From Takakia lepidozioides (taxonomy: Eukaryota; Plantae; Bryophyta), in NCBI GenBank assembly GCA_030704615.1, contig CM060734.1:10850001-10914000 (forward strand): a stretch of 64,000 bases of DNA, given 5' to 3'. The notes under the pieces were generated by a model. That model was not told the DNA's origin, searched no databases, and worked only from the letters and a program-made list of their open reading frames with translations. Positions 14,409 through 27,377 of this stretch are shown here, one piece after another. The position numbers were made by a program, and so were the translations under genes. The first letter of the stretch is position 1, and each line of letters begins with the position of its first letter.

Positions 14409-17235
14409 TAGTAATATAGCTTGAATCCAAACATTTTATACAAATTTCCAACACCCAACAATCCCCCAGCTGTCATAACCCTATTATACATTTGTCAACA
14501 CCATATCCATCCTTTCAACTACAATGAAATGTCAACTGGAGGCATGGGTAGTCGGTGTAGCACAAAATTTATCCATGTCATGAGAGAGAATACGTTTAGA
14601 GTATATGTTCCTACATATTATATGGAAATCTCTTCGAATATCTGAAGCTTAAACCCTATGATTTTTCAATGTCGCCTTGAAACAATATATTTCAAGCTGT
14701 AGAAGTTCCTTGCAAAATTATCCATGGGTAAGAACCTTACAGGCGACCTGAAGTCTCACCGCCCACTATGGAGCGTATTATGGAAAGGGCCTAGTATCGT
14801 GTGAGCGCATCGTGAGAAAAATCCACGCCTATGTGGTAACATGTTTATCATGTATAAGGGTTACTTGTTCTTTATGTGTTGCGATTAGTGCTTTTATGAA
14901 CAATTGAATGATTTCGCAAGTTTTTGAATCTCACATATTATCGTTTCGTTGTGGAATATCATAAAGTATCTTGGGAATATGCAGAATATTTCCTTGTGCT
15001 CACGTGAGCATGCTACCCAACCTCCTACTAACTCGTCAAATCTAACTTGTAAAGCACTGCTGAATTATTTTCCTTTGTTGCATTTTCGATCAGTTGGGGT
15101 TTCTCATGAAGGTCGCTAGGCTAGCAAAGAATCTTCCACTTCTAGAGTTATCCGTAAATTCAGACCAGAGTTTCATCGGTCTTTGACATTTGACCTGAGT
15201 TTGCTTTCCCTTCGGAAGGGACCAGGTTTTGAACTTAATGAAATGTAAATTTTTGTCTCTCAAATTGCGAAGTATCCACTAGCCTTGTTACATGCACTTG
15301 CACAGGCGCCAAGTGTACTGCCTTGCCTTTTGCATAACCAAGGTGATCATGGGTTCAATCGTTTACCATGTTGATTCAACAGCCCTCAAGGGCCTTTGCA
15401 TCGAGCAGTAGGCTCTGTAAATTACTGGACGTTAAACATACTTTAACTTTAACTTTATATCCCGCATATGAGATAGTGAAGTCCATTCAACCGAACAAAC
15501 TCATTGTCATCATTCACTAGAGCCAAAAAACCATCTCGAAAAGGTGATCATGATAGGTCGTGGTTCTATCAACTTACTTTCGTGATAGTTATCATCGTCG
15601 GGAGCACTTATAAAGTCATTACAATAATCTACGTGATAAGAATTTCGAGTCTTCTACTGGACGGTGATAACTATCATTCCTCAGAAATCTCAAAATGTGT
15701 TTCGACCGACCCGGATCACGATGCTCATCCGTCTTCCTTGTCGTTTGTTATTTAGAATTTTCTTCAGCTATAATTATATGGCCGATTGCCTTCAACTGCA
15801 AATCCAAGGTAGACCGATTAAACACAATTGTCTTGACATTGCAAATTCGTCGTCAGATCGAGGAATCCACACAAAGCTCTATCACATGAGGTTATACAAT
15901 CATTTGAATGCCGTCCATTGTTTGCAGTTGACTTGTTCATATGTGCGTATCATAAGCAATTTTATTCACACCTTAGGTATGTCTATAATCTCGCTCTCCT
16001 CAAGTTCACTATAACAATGAGGGGGGTAGTGTTCAAGGAGGCCTCATCATGATTAGGATCTTTGCGGTGTGGTGTCACTCAAAAGTGCGTCTTCCTCTAC
16101 TTTTGAGAGTATAGGCAACTATAGTTGTAGTCATGTGTGTGATTTTGGGGCATTTATATGATATGGGGTCTCTCGATTAACATCTATTCTTGTTGTAGGT
16201 TTGATGTAATGCTTCCTTTCCTAAACCTATTTTCTTGAATTTAAGGGGTATTGTTGTCATCATAATTCAAAAAATCAAAGCATCTGAAAAAAAAAATGTC
16301 GATCTCTTTTGGAGAGCGCGGAACGTCTTTTGACCATCTATGCTAAATATATCTGCAATACTAGAAGTAAGGTCGAAGAATAATCTAGTGGATTAAAACT
16401 ACAATTAAACCTCACGAAATAGTAGACAACATCATAACATTTTAGATTAATCAATGTGACTGCAGGAAGGCGATCAGGATCTGGTCACACTCTTGTGGGT
16501 CACCTTGAATTAGATGTTTCCTTCTCGGTTGCTTCCTCTGCTCTTCATTGGGTTTCTGCATTACCCTTCCATGACAAGCGTACAAATTTTTCTTCCCTCA
16601 TTTTCAGGCCATCATGACTAGAAGCATTCGTGTCATTTACCACTGGGGTAACGACTCATTTTGAGTCGTAAAAGTCAAAAAACCGGGATCGACTGGAAGT
16701 TACAAACGACGAGTTACAACAGACGTGGAAGTTGGGTCGATGATTGGAAGACACACGGGCGGCCGGCCTAGTTACGCCACATGGTTCTTTAGCATTAATC
16801 GCAATAATCACAATAATCGCCGAGCAGTTGTTCGTACATGGGCAGGAGGAACGTGCCTTTTTTTGCCAGGGGGGATTTCATGTCGAGTCCAGAAAGGGAC
16901 TACATCCTTCCTACTTATGTTGCCCGGCTTGCTTCGGTGTCCATTAGGAGATCTTCCGAACCTAGTCATGTACAGCAGTCTCGAATGGAACTTCATCCAC
17001 CCGTCATATCAGGTGTCGAAGGCGTATCCGGGAAGCAAGCGCGATATCCGTGTGGAACATCCGGTTCAAAACAGACGGCGGAGGACATTTAATGTATGGA
17101 GGTCGCCCACAGGCGCCACCTGGCCCACCCTCCCCCCGAGACTTCAAAAAACGACGCCGAATTTTCATTCAGCGGATGAAGTGGAACGCACCGTGGCCCT
17201 CTCTCCGCCCGAGACGTTCTCATCCAGAAGCAGCC

Positions 17236-17420
17236 GGATGGAAAACCGGCGCAGAATTTCCATCCTGCAGGCAAGTCGGAGCTCGGCCGGATGGAAAACC
17301 GGCGCCGAATTTCCATCCTGCAGGTAAACTGGAGCGCTGCAGGATGGAAAACCGGCGCCGAATTTCCATCCTGCAAGTAAGTCGGTCCACCTCATGGATG
17401 GAAATCCGGCACCGAATTTG
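17236..17420. repeat. 53-bp period tandem repeat (4 copies) built on the GGATGGAAAACCGGCGCCGAATTTCCATCC palindrome
   Basis: GGATGG starts at 17236, 17289, 17342, 17396. Confidence 0.8.
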
Positions 17421-17564
17421 TCTCTACCGGACAACATTGGTGGGCATAACGTGCCAAAAAGTGGACCGCAGGCGAAAAACTCTAAGTTGAGTGACTGATT
17501 AGACAAAAAAACGCGAAAAACGAATGAAAATTGTTGATGAAGGGTCGATACGGGCGTCTGTTGA

Positions 17565-19230
17565 TGGATATTCGGCGCCGTTTTTCCATCCTGCAGATGA
17601 TCTCTTTCGGCCACTCCCCCCGAGACGACTCCATCCGTGCGGCCTTGGTTGGAAATACGGCGCCGTTTTTCCATCTGAGGGATGTTCTTTGTCGGCCAGA
17701 TGTCGGCCTCTCCCCCCGAGACGACTTCATCCGACGGGCCTCGTATGGAAATTCGGTGCCGTTTTTTCATCCAAGGGATATTCTTTGTCGGCCAGGTGTC
17801 GGCCTCTCCCCACGAGACGACTTCACCCGAACGGCCTCGGATGGAAATTCGGCGCCGTCTTTCCATCCGAGGGATGTTCTCTGTAGGGCATGTGTCGGCC
17901 TCTCCCCCCGAGACGACTTCATCCGACGGGCCTCGTATGGAAATTCGGCGCCGTTTCTCCATCCGGGGGATGTTCTATGTCGGCCAGGTGTCGGCCTCTC
18001 CCCCCGATACAACTTCATCCAAACGGCCTCGGATGGAATTTGGCGCCATTTTTCCATCCGAGGGATATTCTCTGTCGGGCAGGTGTCGTCCTCTCCCCAC
18101 GAGACGACTTCATCCGAACGGCCTCGGATGGAAATTCGGCGCCGTTTTTCCATCCGAGGGATGTTCTCTGTTGGGCAGGTGTCAGCCTCTCCCCCCGAGA
18201 CGACTTCATCCGACGGGCCTCGTATGGAAATTCGGCGCCGTTTTTCCATCCGGGGGATGTTCTCTGTCGGCCAGGTGTCGGCCTCTCCCCCAAAGACAAC
18301 TTCATCCGAACGGCCTCGGATGGAAATTTGGCGCCATTTTTCCATCCGAGGGATGTTCTCTGTCGGCCAGGTGTCGTCCTCTCCCATGAGACGACTTCAT
18401 CCGAACGGCCTCGGATGGAAATTCGGCGCTGTTTTTCCATCCGAGGGATGTTCTCTGTCGGGCAGGTGTCGGCCTCTCCCCTCGAGACGACTTCATCCGA
18501 CGGGCCTCGTATGGAAATTCGGCGCCGTTTTTCCATCCGGGGGATGTTCTCTGTCGGCCAGGTGTCGGCCGCTCCCCACGAGACGACTTCACCCGAACGG
18601 CCTCGGATGGAAATTCGGCGCCGTTTTTCCATCCGAGGGATGTTCTCTGTCAGGCAGGTGTCGGCCTCTCCCCCCGAGATGACTTCATCCGACGAGCCTC
18701 GTATGGAAATTCGGCGCCGTTTTTCCATCCGGGGGATGTTCTCTGTCGGCCAGGTGTCGGCCTCTCCCTCTGAGACAACTTCATCCGAACGGCCTCGGAT
18801 GGAAATTCGCCGCCGTTTTTCCGTCCGAGGGATGTTCTCTGTCGGGCAGGTGTCGTCCTCTCCCCACAAGACGACTTCATCCGAACGGCCTCGGATGGAA
18901 ATTCGGCGAGGGATGTTCTCTGTCGGCCAGGTGTCGGCCTCTCCCCCCGAGACAAATTCATCCGACGGGCCTCGTATAGAAATTCGGCGCCATTTTGCCA
19001 TCCGGGGGATATTCTTTGTAGGCCAGGTGTCGGCCTCTCCCCCCGAGACAACTTCATCCAAACGGCCGCGGATGGAGATTTGGCACCGTTTTTCCATCCG
19101 AGGGATGTTCTCTGTCGACCAGGTGTCGGCCTCTCCCCCCGAGACGACTTCATCCGACGGGCCTCGTATGGAAATTTGGCGCCATTTTTCCATCCGTGGG
19201 ATGTTCTCTGTCGGCCAGGTGTCGTCACCC
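17565..19230. repeat. 96-bp tandem repeat array (~17 units), each unit with a strong hairpin
   Basis: Unit gagacgacttcatccgaacggcctcggatggaaattcggcgccgtttttccatccgagggatgttctctgtcggccaggtgtcggcctctcccccc. Two variants largely alternate. It generates the repetitive 32-aa ORFs in the track. Confidence 0.95.
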
Positions 19231-20145
19231 TCCGATTTGACGCCATGTCGAATTAAATACTGCCCCTCATTCCTGGGTATGGCTATATTAAATGTTGCTC
19301 TTTTTCTGCCACTTGCCTGACCTTCGCTCGTGACCCACGCCGGTTTACGAGTGAGTGGTCGCATTGTAAGTTGCCTCTTGATTTTGTGAGGCACCTCCCT
19401 TCGCTCTCTTATTTCATTGAAAGGCCCTTTTTGGCTTCTGCTGGTATTGACATTCTTAAAGTGGATTTGTTCTTACTGCAGGATGCCAAGTACTGCAGGA
19501 GGGACGTCTACACCGCAGTTCATGGGCAGGATGAACATGCCTTTTTTTGCCAGAGGGGATTTCATGTCGAGTCCAAAAGGGACTACATCCTTCCTACTTA
19601 TGTTGCCCGGCTTGCTTCGGTGTCCATTAGGAGGTCTTCCGAACCTAGTCGTGTACAGCAGATTTTAGACGAGGCAAGCCTCAAGAAAATGAAGATGAGG
19701 GAGGAGGCAGCAGCTATTAGAGCCCGTTGGGCTCGTAGATTTGTCTTGGATTCTGCTGAGGAAAGTGGGGGAGAAGAGGCAGAAGATTCCCAGGAGGTGA
19801 GGTGGACAGTCCCCCAAGGAGAGGACGGAATTTTTGAGAGGCATAGTGGAATTGATGCATCACAGAGCTCGGAGGATGGGGGGGATGAGGGGGATGAGGA
19901 GGAAGATGGGGCAAGTTCCTCGGAGGGTGTAAGAGAGTAGTGCCCATTCCGGCTATGACAGTTAGGACACACTTGTATAGATGTGGCTTGCCATAAAATT
20001 TGCAATAAAATGTTGCATTTCATTGCTATGACGCCACATTCCAACTTTACATGACCCTATTTCTGTGCCTCCTAACCCTATTTCCGTGGACACACAATGG
20101 TCCGCTCATGCTTTTTTTTTTTCCGCTCATGAAATAGCAACCCCC

Positions 20146-21584
20146 CTCATCACGGATGGTAAGCCTATCAAACAACATGCTTATAGGGAGAGTGTTCGTG
20201 AGCGCAAGGTCATTCAGGAAGAGATTACCAAGATGCTTGATGCTGGTGTAATCACCCCCTCCATATCCCCTTGGGCCAGTCCCATTGTCTTAGTGGGTAA
20301 GAAGGATGGGTCAACCCATTTTTGTGTTGACTTTCGGCGTTTAAATGCCATCACAAAGAGATATGTCTACCCACGCATCAATGAAACGCTAGATCAACTT
20401 AATGGGGCCACTATCTTTTCTTCATTAGATTTAGCCTCTGGCTTTTGGCAAGTTCCTTTAACTGCTGCTGCTAAGGAGAAAACTGCCTTCACCTGAAGGA
20501 TGGGCCTCTTCCGAAACAATGCCTTTTGGCCTTTGCAACGCCACTGCTACATTTCAGCGCCTTATGGACATTGTTTTAGGAAACCTTCGTTGGGAGTGTG
20601 CATTAGTTTACATTGATGATATCAATGTTTATTCTACAACGTTTGATGCTCATCTGTTGGATTTACAGCGGGTTGTGTGCAGACTTCGTACAGCCGGGCT
20701 TAAAGTTAAAGCCAAGAAGTGTGATTTTTGTATGAAACAGCTCCATTTCTTGGGCCATCTGCTTTCTGCTGCTGGCATCAATCTTGACCCAGCTAAGATC
20801 CAAGCTGTGTGGAACTATCCAGCCCCTCGGGATAAAACATGCGTTAAGGCCTTCTTGGGCTTGGGTTCTTACTATCGTCGCTTCATTTTTCAATTTGCCA
20901 AACTAGCTGCTCCACTCACTCGCTTGTTATCCAAGGATGCTCGTTTTGTATGGAGTACTGCTGAAACATCCGCATTTGAGAAGCTCAAAATTGCACTAAC
21001 CTCTACCCCTGTGCTTGCTTATCATGATTTTAATCTTGCAAACTGATGCCAGTGATCTAGCTATCTCTGCAGTGTTGAGCCAGATTCAAGATGGTCAAGA
21101 GCATGCCATCTCCTACGCCTCCCGCGCCTTGATAAACATGAGCGTAATTACTCTATCACTGACAAGGAGGGCCTTGCAGTTATCTTTGGAGTCAAATATT
21201 TTAGACAGTATTTACATGGCTGTCAATTTACCATTGAAACTGATCATCTACCTTTGAAAGCCTTGCTAACTCCTCGTGAACTCACTGGCAGATTAGCTCG
21301 GTGGGCTCTAATTCTGCAAGGCTATGACTTCACCATCTCCTACAAGCATGGGAAGGATAATGTTAATGCAGATGCTTTGACTCAAGGCGAATCCAAAATC
21401 CCTGACCCTTACACTACCTTACATGACCTGGTCTCCCATGCTGCATGCTCTACATCACCTGTTGTGCCTGTTTTGGATCCCTATGTCTTGTGTCATTTGC
21501 TGGACTATCCTTATGTTCCTTCAGATCTGCTTGACACTTGGGATCTACTTCAGTTTGATGTTGGTTGACTTTCCCTTGGTATTG
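20146..21584 (+). mobile_element. Ty3/Gypsy pol fragment: reverse transcriptase and RNase H (frameshifted); 5' part absent
   Basis: SPWASPIVLVGKKDGS.HFCVDFRRLN; LDLASGFWQV; MPFGLCNA; YIDD; FLGH; LQTDAS..AISAVLSQ; RLARWALILQGYDFTI. Confidence 0.95.
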
Positions 21585-22562
21585 CACTACAGGAAAAGGG
21601 GGGCCTTTGCGATGCCCGCGCCACGCCGCAGCGTCGGGAAAACGCCCTTTTCGGGCACGCGGCAGGTGCAGAATTTGCGACGCCCGGCCGTCGCCCTGCA
21701 GTCACAAAGGCGTCGCCAAATGACGTCGCAAAAATGCGACGTATAGGGGTCGCGAGCCCCCGCCCCAACTCCCGCGACTGCCGGACGTCGGTTTTTCAGG
21801 CCGTCCACGCCGATGGCAAGGGCCTCTTCGAGCGATGTCTCGCAGTCACGGCCCTCCAGCCGACGGCGTTGGTGGGGGCGCCGGCACGGCGTCGCATCCC
21901 CTTTTTTTTTTCTAACCTGCCCGGGAGTCCCATTCTAAAACCCAAAAACACGTGCCGTAAGCCGGGTGGTACGCCAAGCAACTATTGGGCGTGGCAAAAA
22001 ACAACAGGAGCAGGAGACGGTCTCCGCCACGCCGGGCGTGGGTTGTTGCGACGCTCCAGCATCGCTTTTGTTTTAAATTTAATAATAATAAAAGACGTGG
22101 CGCAGGCAGGGTGGCGGTCTCCGCGACGCCAGGGCGTCGCGGATTGCAACCCCCGGACTAAAAAACACGTCGCAGGGGGTGTCGGGCGTTGCCGCCCGCA
22201 AATGGGTTTGCGACGCCCGACCGTCGCTGCTTGCGACCCCCGCCCAAAAAACACGTCGCCATTGGCGACGTGCTGCAGTTGCGAGGGCAGCCTGGTGGGG
22301 GGGGGTTGGGGGTTGATTTTGGGGGTGAATTGGGGGTGGTTTTTGGTTTTTTGCCTGGTTTTATATTTGGGGATGGGAGACCTTACAGTTCCATTTCTCT
22401 GATTTAGCAGGTACACGATTGAGCAAGCATGAATCGAGGATGAGGACGGTGCAACACATGAATAAGATGAAAGATTGAAAGATGGAAATATATTTACAGG
22501 AAATGAGCTGAAAATCTCACAAGGGTTCAGTAGGCTGACCCTGGGACCTACATGGACTAGGA

Positions 22563-23736
22563 CTAGTCATCCTCATCCTCATCCTCAGTGGAGGACTCAG
22601 AGCTATCCGATGAGCCTGATGACTCCGCGCCCTTTGCCAGAGCACGTAAATGAGGCGGCGTTCCCCTAAGTCCCACAGAGCTCTCATCCAATCCCTGGGC
22701 ATGACCCTCGACCTCATCCATACTAGTGCCATGTGGTGCACTCATCCCCTCTGTGTTGGCCATGTTCTTCACGAGGGATTGCCAACCATGCTCCTTGGCA
22801 TAGTTGTACTCTACCGGAGATGGCTTCCTCTCAAACGCGCGTTGTTACACATGCCACAAATTAAAGTCAGTTCTTCGCGATGATGGAGCCAGAAAGAAGA
22901 CATAACAAAATCCATAGGGAAGTACGACTTACAAATCGCAAGATAAAACCCTTGGATCCGAGGCGCCCCACTTGTGTGTGGATTCGTGCTTGTCAAGGCG
23001 GACTGTTGTTGCTTCGCGTGCCCGGTCAAATTTGGCCTTGTTTGCGGCATCAATCTCTCCCGCAATGAGTGCATCCCACGATACCTATGCACCCCCCCCC
23101 CCCCCCCCCCCCCCCCAACAATTAGTGAATTACACACATACGTTGCATCGAATCCACCTCATTAATGCACATGCGACAAATGGAAGTTGACATGATTCAG
23201 GATTTGCCAACCTGTGTAATTCCATAAGGTGGTTTGGGTATGGCCCCCTTTTCTATTGCCCTCCGAATGATCTATCTGGCACGGTACCTCCTGTCTTTCA
23301 AGTTTCGCCCCACCATCTCCATCACCCTTGTGTCACTCCAATTGCCCGGAAACCGGCGGTCTAACTCACGGGCATACGCCCGTTTCGCGCCAAAGTGTTG
23401 ATCAGCCCACTCGATGTGCAAAAGGAACCACCTCAATGCGAGTTCAAAGGCTGGCTTCTTCATAGCCTCCCAGAACGCACCGCAGGGGTCACCATGGCGA
23501 TTCACCTCCACCGGTGGCACCACGATCTTTGCCAACTCCATGTCCTATATCGCCAAGGCCATCCCACCCTCTCCCTTCTTTGTAGCATCCTTCCCATGCT
23601 CCTTTGTTACCCCACTGCCCTCCCCCGCATGCACACTCACCCCTTCCTCTCCATGGGACTTCTTCTTCTTCTTCTTCGTTTCCTTCCCCTTCTCCGCAAC
23701 CATCTCCTTCCTCTTCCCCGCTATTTCCTCTCTCTC
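22563..23736 (-). pseudogene. Disrupted CACTA accessory gene (TnpA-like position), 3' part
   Basis: Minus-strand ORF pieces with a Lys-rich segment, ..VEVNRHGDPCG..WADQH..ELDRRFPG.. and an acidic C-terminal tail. It is cut by element X at 23737. Confidence 0.5.
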
Positions 23737-24284
23737 GAGGTTAGCTATTTCATGAGCATGAGCGGCATGAACGGAGTAGCAAGACAATCGGTTTTCATGA
23801 GCAGAAGTACAAATTTTGGAAATAAAAAACATTTAAAAAAAAAAAAAAAAAACCCAATATAATATTCATTGTTTGAAGTAAAAATTGTAGTTTTGAGAGC
23901 CGTGCTCATGATATTTCGTCTTCCGCTCATGCGAATTCCGAGCGACATCTGCAAAAATGGCGCCGAATTTCGCGGTAATAGGTTCCGCAACCGGAGAAAT
24001 CTGCGACGTATTTCGCGGTAATAGGTGTCTCCGGCGAAAAATGGTGCCGAATTTTGCGGCTATAGGTCCCAACATGGCAGGTGTGTAAGCCCAAAATTTG
24101 GAAATGTGGCGCCGAATTTCGGTACATGGTGCCGGGGATTGCACAGATGTTGGGCAGTTCTTGGGCCATGTAACTAGAGATTCGGCGCCATTTTTTCAGA
24201 CATCGGACTTGCGGTGCTCGACAAGACCTCCTCGGGCAACATCACGGGACCACAAGGGAGCGTGCGAATATTCTTGTCAGCTCG

Positions 24285-26280
24285 TCATGAATCCTCTTCT
24301 CCGCCAGGTGCCTCGTCAAGTCTTCGTCTCACTGGACGAGTGTGAACATCTCCTTCCAAGTGTTGGCCACTTCGAAGCAATGGCGTGTCCCGAAGGCCCT
24401 CTCGCAAGGCTGCCGCCCACTTGCGAGGATTCTTCGATCTGGAGGCAGTCCGCATCAGCATTTCCTGCCTGTCCGGCCCCAAGCCCCACTGTTTCCCTTT
24501 CAAGAACTCCTTGTACCTACGTTGCTGCATAATTGACCTCACAATGTCCTCCGTTGTGGCAGTGAGGATGTCCACCAGATGCGCCGCAGAGGAGGCACGC
24601 CAGGAAGAATGTACTGATTCGGCCATGTTTGTTGTCGGCATGTTGGTGTCGGAGTCGAGACACATTTCCTGCACATGCACATGTTCAGGTTACAAGCAAA
24701 TTACAAATAATGAGTAGCTAGCATAATATTCAACGGGACGCAAATTTGCCCAACTCACCTCCCGCATATAGTCGCCAAACTAGAGGAAACGATAATGCCA
24801 CCATGCTAGCCAACTGACCATTGCTCCCTCATCTGATTTCTTTACAGCACCTGACGTTGTCCACCAAGCCCGTATACATGCAAACTGTGTCTCTGAATCA
24901 TCCAAGGTGGGAGCACGCTTCCACGTAAGACACATGGAACGGTGCTCCTCTCTGAAATCTGGCGCCACGAGCCTGGTTGTGTACTGCGACAAGCTCTGCA
25001 GAAAATGGAACCCACAAAATGCCTCTCTTTGCTTTTCATCGGAACATTGGGGTCTTCCCCGTACACCCTTCGGATGGCAGCCCAATTTGCTTGTGCGTTG
25101 TCCGCCATGAAACCACGGAAATTGGGAGGGGGAAATCCTGCCCTGGCAATCTGTTCGTTTATTCCCTGCCAAAGAAGCATCTCCAATTGTGTGTCCTCTC
25201 CTTTCACCTCACAAATAACAATTGTCATTAGCATCCTGCAGTGGGTGTCGTAGACATGTGCACCCATTGTCACCCACTGGGGTGATTTGTAATTCACTTG
25301 ATATGGTCGAACATGACCCAACTGTTTGACAAGTCCCCACTCGTCATCCGGTGGACCAGTTCGACACCACTGTCAGGCCCACATGTTGACATTTTGAATA
25401 CAAAACAGCGATCTGCCTCAGTCCCTTGTCCTGGAAATCTACTTCCATGAATGTAGTCATATCCACATCGTCGCTTCACCTCCAAAATGGAGTACATATC
25501 CGAGCCACGCCCAATTCTCTGTTTGTAGGAGACAATGTGGTTTCGGACATTCGGTGAACAGACGTGGAACACCGACTCCAGCAATGCCTCCATTTCCTTC
25601 TCATCGAGAGGAACTCTGTCGAAGCCGTCTTCCGACATAATTCTGGCCAATGCCATCTTATGGGCGGCCTGCAGCTGTATCTGTTTGGGTTTGGCACCAG
25701 GTCTCAACTTAACCTCCTCCTGAACGAGCTGCTATGCCTCGTGGGCAGCCTCCCGCGAGTTACCCCTCGCCAATTTGTGACAATGGGAACCAACGTGTAT
25801 GCAAGCTCGTGTGAGGTCAGGGAAACGGTGCAACACATAGAACTGCTTGGCATTATAAACAGACATGCAATATGGTGGTTCTTTGCAATGTGCACACTTA
25901 AATGTGGAGTTTGGAACCTTCTCCTGAGCTCGAAATGGTTGATGACATGTGTCTGTCCAATCCGTCTTGTTCCTGTGATCTCTGGATTTAAAGTGGAAGC
26001 AAGTTGGGGAGAAACACCACAACGCGCCCGCACAAACAACGTAGCGCACCCGCACACCATTGAGCATCTTCATGCTGGTGGTTTTGGTGACGCACCAAGG
26101 ATGACCGTCATGTCTCCTATCCATATCTATCAATATTTTGGACGCCCTCGAATAGTCCGTTCGAGGAGGGAACTCAAAGAAGATATTACCGTCGACGTCA
26201 GCGGGAAGACAGATTTAATTGCGAACTTGTTGTAGTCCAGGAATGCGGCCCCTGGCCTTTGCACATAACTGCCAACGGTA
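24285..26280 (-). pseudogene. Mutator-like (MULE) DDE transposase with N-terminal GCM/WRKY-like Zn domain, frameshifted
   Basis: MDRRHDGHPW..C..C..C..CxxC..RACIHVGSHCH; catalytic WVMFDH, FMADNAQANW, CGFH (CxxH) and TTNMAESVH; intron near 24760-24690. Confidence 0.8.
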
Positions 26281-26461
26281 TGCAGTCAGAAGGTATATGA
26301 CCAGTGCAGATGCGCTGCACAAACCAATAATTGTGGCATCTGACAAGAAGCGTGGGGGGGTGAGCGTGTAAGCACCTTCCCCATGGACAGAGGGAACTGA
26401 CAGAGGTGGCATTCCAGTGGGTCTGATTGCAAGATTGAGTGCAAGACCCTCGCTGCCAAAG

Positions 26462-27139
26462 TCAACATTCAACAAAATGCAACATTGCACAAAAAGTGGA
26501 ACTTTGGTTCAAAGGAGACATTTTTATTAATAATGAACTGGGACAAGTATGCATGCCCTCACAAACCGAGGGAAGCCAAAAGTATGCATGCAATCCATGC
26601 CTCTCAACAAGTTCATGACTGACAGGGTGTCGGTACGTGAAGACAATGGATACAGCCCGTTCGCCTTTGGTGTAGTGGACAACGGTGTCATCTCCTCCGA
26701 TATATGCACCATCGTAAATCGAGATCTTTGCTGTGGAGACTCTATGTCCATAGGACTCATCCTTGTAGCTTATGAGAATGTCCCCATACACTGTTTGCGA
26801 TGGAATCTTCTCTGGCATGTACGTACACCCGATGCAATCCTCGTAGGCCCACTGGCAGCACCTCCAATGATGTAGGAAGGCCGTGCGGCTTTTGGGGATG
26901 TTCCATGCTGGCGGAAACTGCAGATCAACGATTCGCAGGCACCAAAGCCGCGCAGGCCCGTCCCGGCGAGGCTGATCGTGGAGACCAGGAAGATACTCAA
27001 GAGCGGACAGGTGCACCCTCCTCTGCTGAGAGTGGTCTATCCAATCCTGTAGGTATATGAAAATATCCCCTGACTTGGGCAAGAAGTCCCACGGGGTGAG
27101 ATGCTTGTTTGTGCAGTTGCTGGGATCCCGGCACGCCAT
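26462..27139 (-). CDS. Uncharacterised 225-aa ORF in element X (upstream exon of the transposase or a separate accessory gene)
   Basis: Open, non-repetitive ATG-initiated ORF between the repeat array and the transposase. No domain recognised. Confidence 0.45.
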   Translation of the reverse strand: MACRDPSNCTNKHLTPWDFLPKSGDIFIYLQDWIDHSQQRRVHLSALEYLPGLHDQPRRDGPARLWCLRIVDLQFPPAWNIPKSRTAFLHHWRCCQWAYEDCIGCTYMPEKIPSQTVYGDILISYKDESYGHRVSTAKISIYDGAYIGGDDTVVHYTKGERAVSIVFTYRHPVSHELVERHGLHAYFWLPSVCEGMHTCPSSLLIKMSPLNQSSTFCAMLHFVEC

Positions 27140-27377
27140 CGCCGACTATTGAAAGGGCTACTAGGAAGCAGAGAGGGTGCGCAGGGAAGGGGGAGTGTGG
27201 GGAAGCTGAAGTGAGAGGAGCTCCGAGTGAGCAAGTGTTGTTGTTGTCTCGGTTTGAAACGCGTGGGTCACGAGCGAAGGTCGGGCAAGTGGCAAAGAAA
27301 AAGAGCAACATTTAATATAGCCGTACCCAGGAATGAGGGGCAGAATTTAATTCGACATGGCGTCAAATCGGAGGGTG

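Larger units (their letters stand above)
16840..20145. mobile_element. Rearranged, incomplete copy of element X (right end, last cargo exon, inverted repeat array)
   Basis: 19341-20145 is a direct copy of 29966-30788 including the TIR. ~17570-19340 is an inverted, expanded copy of 27260-28100. 16845-16978 repeats 30130-30270. Confidence 0.85.

Noticed and set aside
17565-19230. CRISPR-like array
   Set aside because: Units are near-identical along their whole length with no unique spacers, there are no cas genes, and the context is eukaryotic.
17531-19394. Long 380-476 aa ORFs on both strands
   Set aside because: By-product of a 96-bp stop-poor GC-rich tandem unit; frames shift freely between units.
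21587-22416. Arg/Pro-rich ORFs at the CACTA ends (also 41689-42396)
   Set aside because: Translations of GC-rich subterminal repeats.
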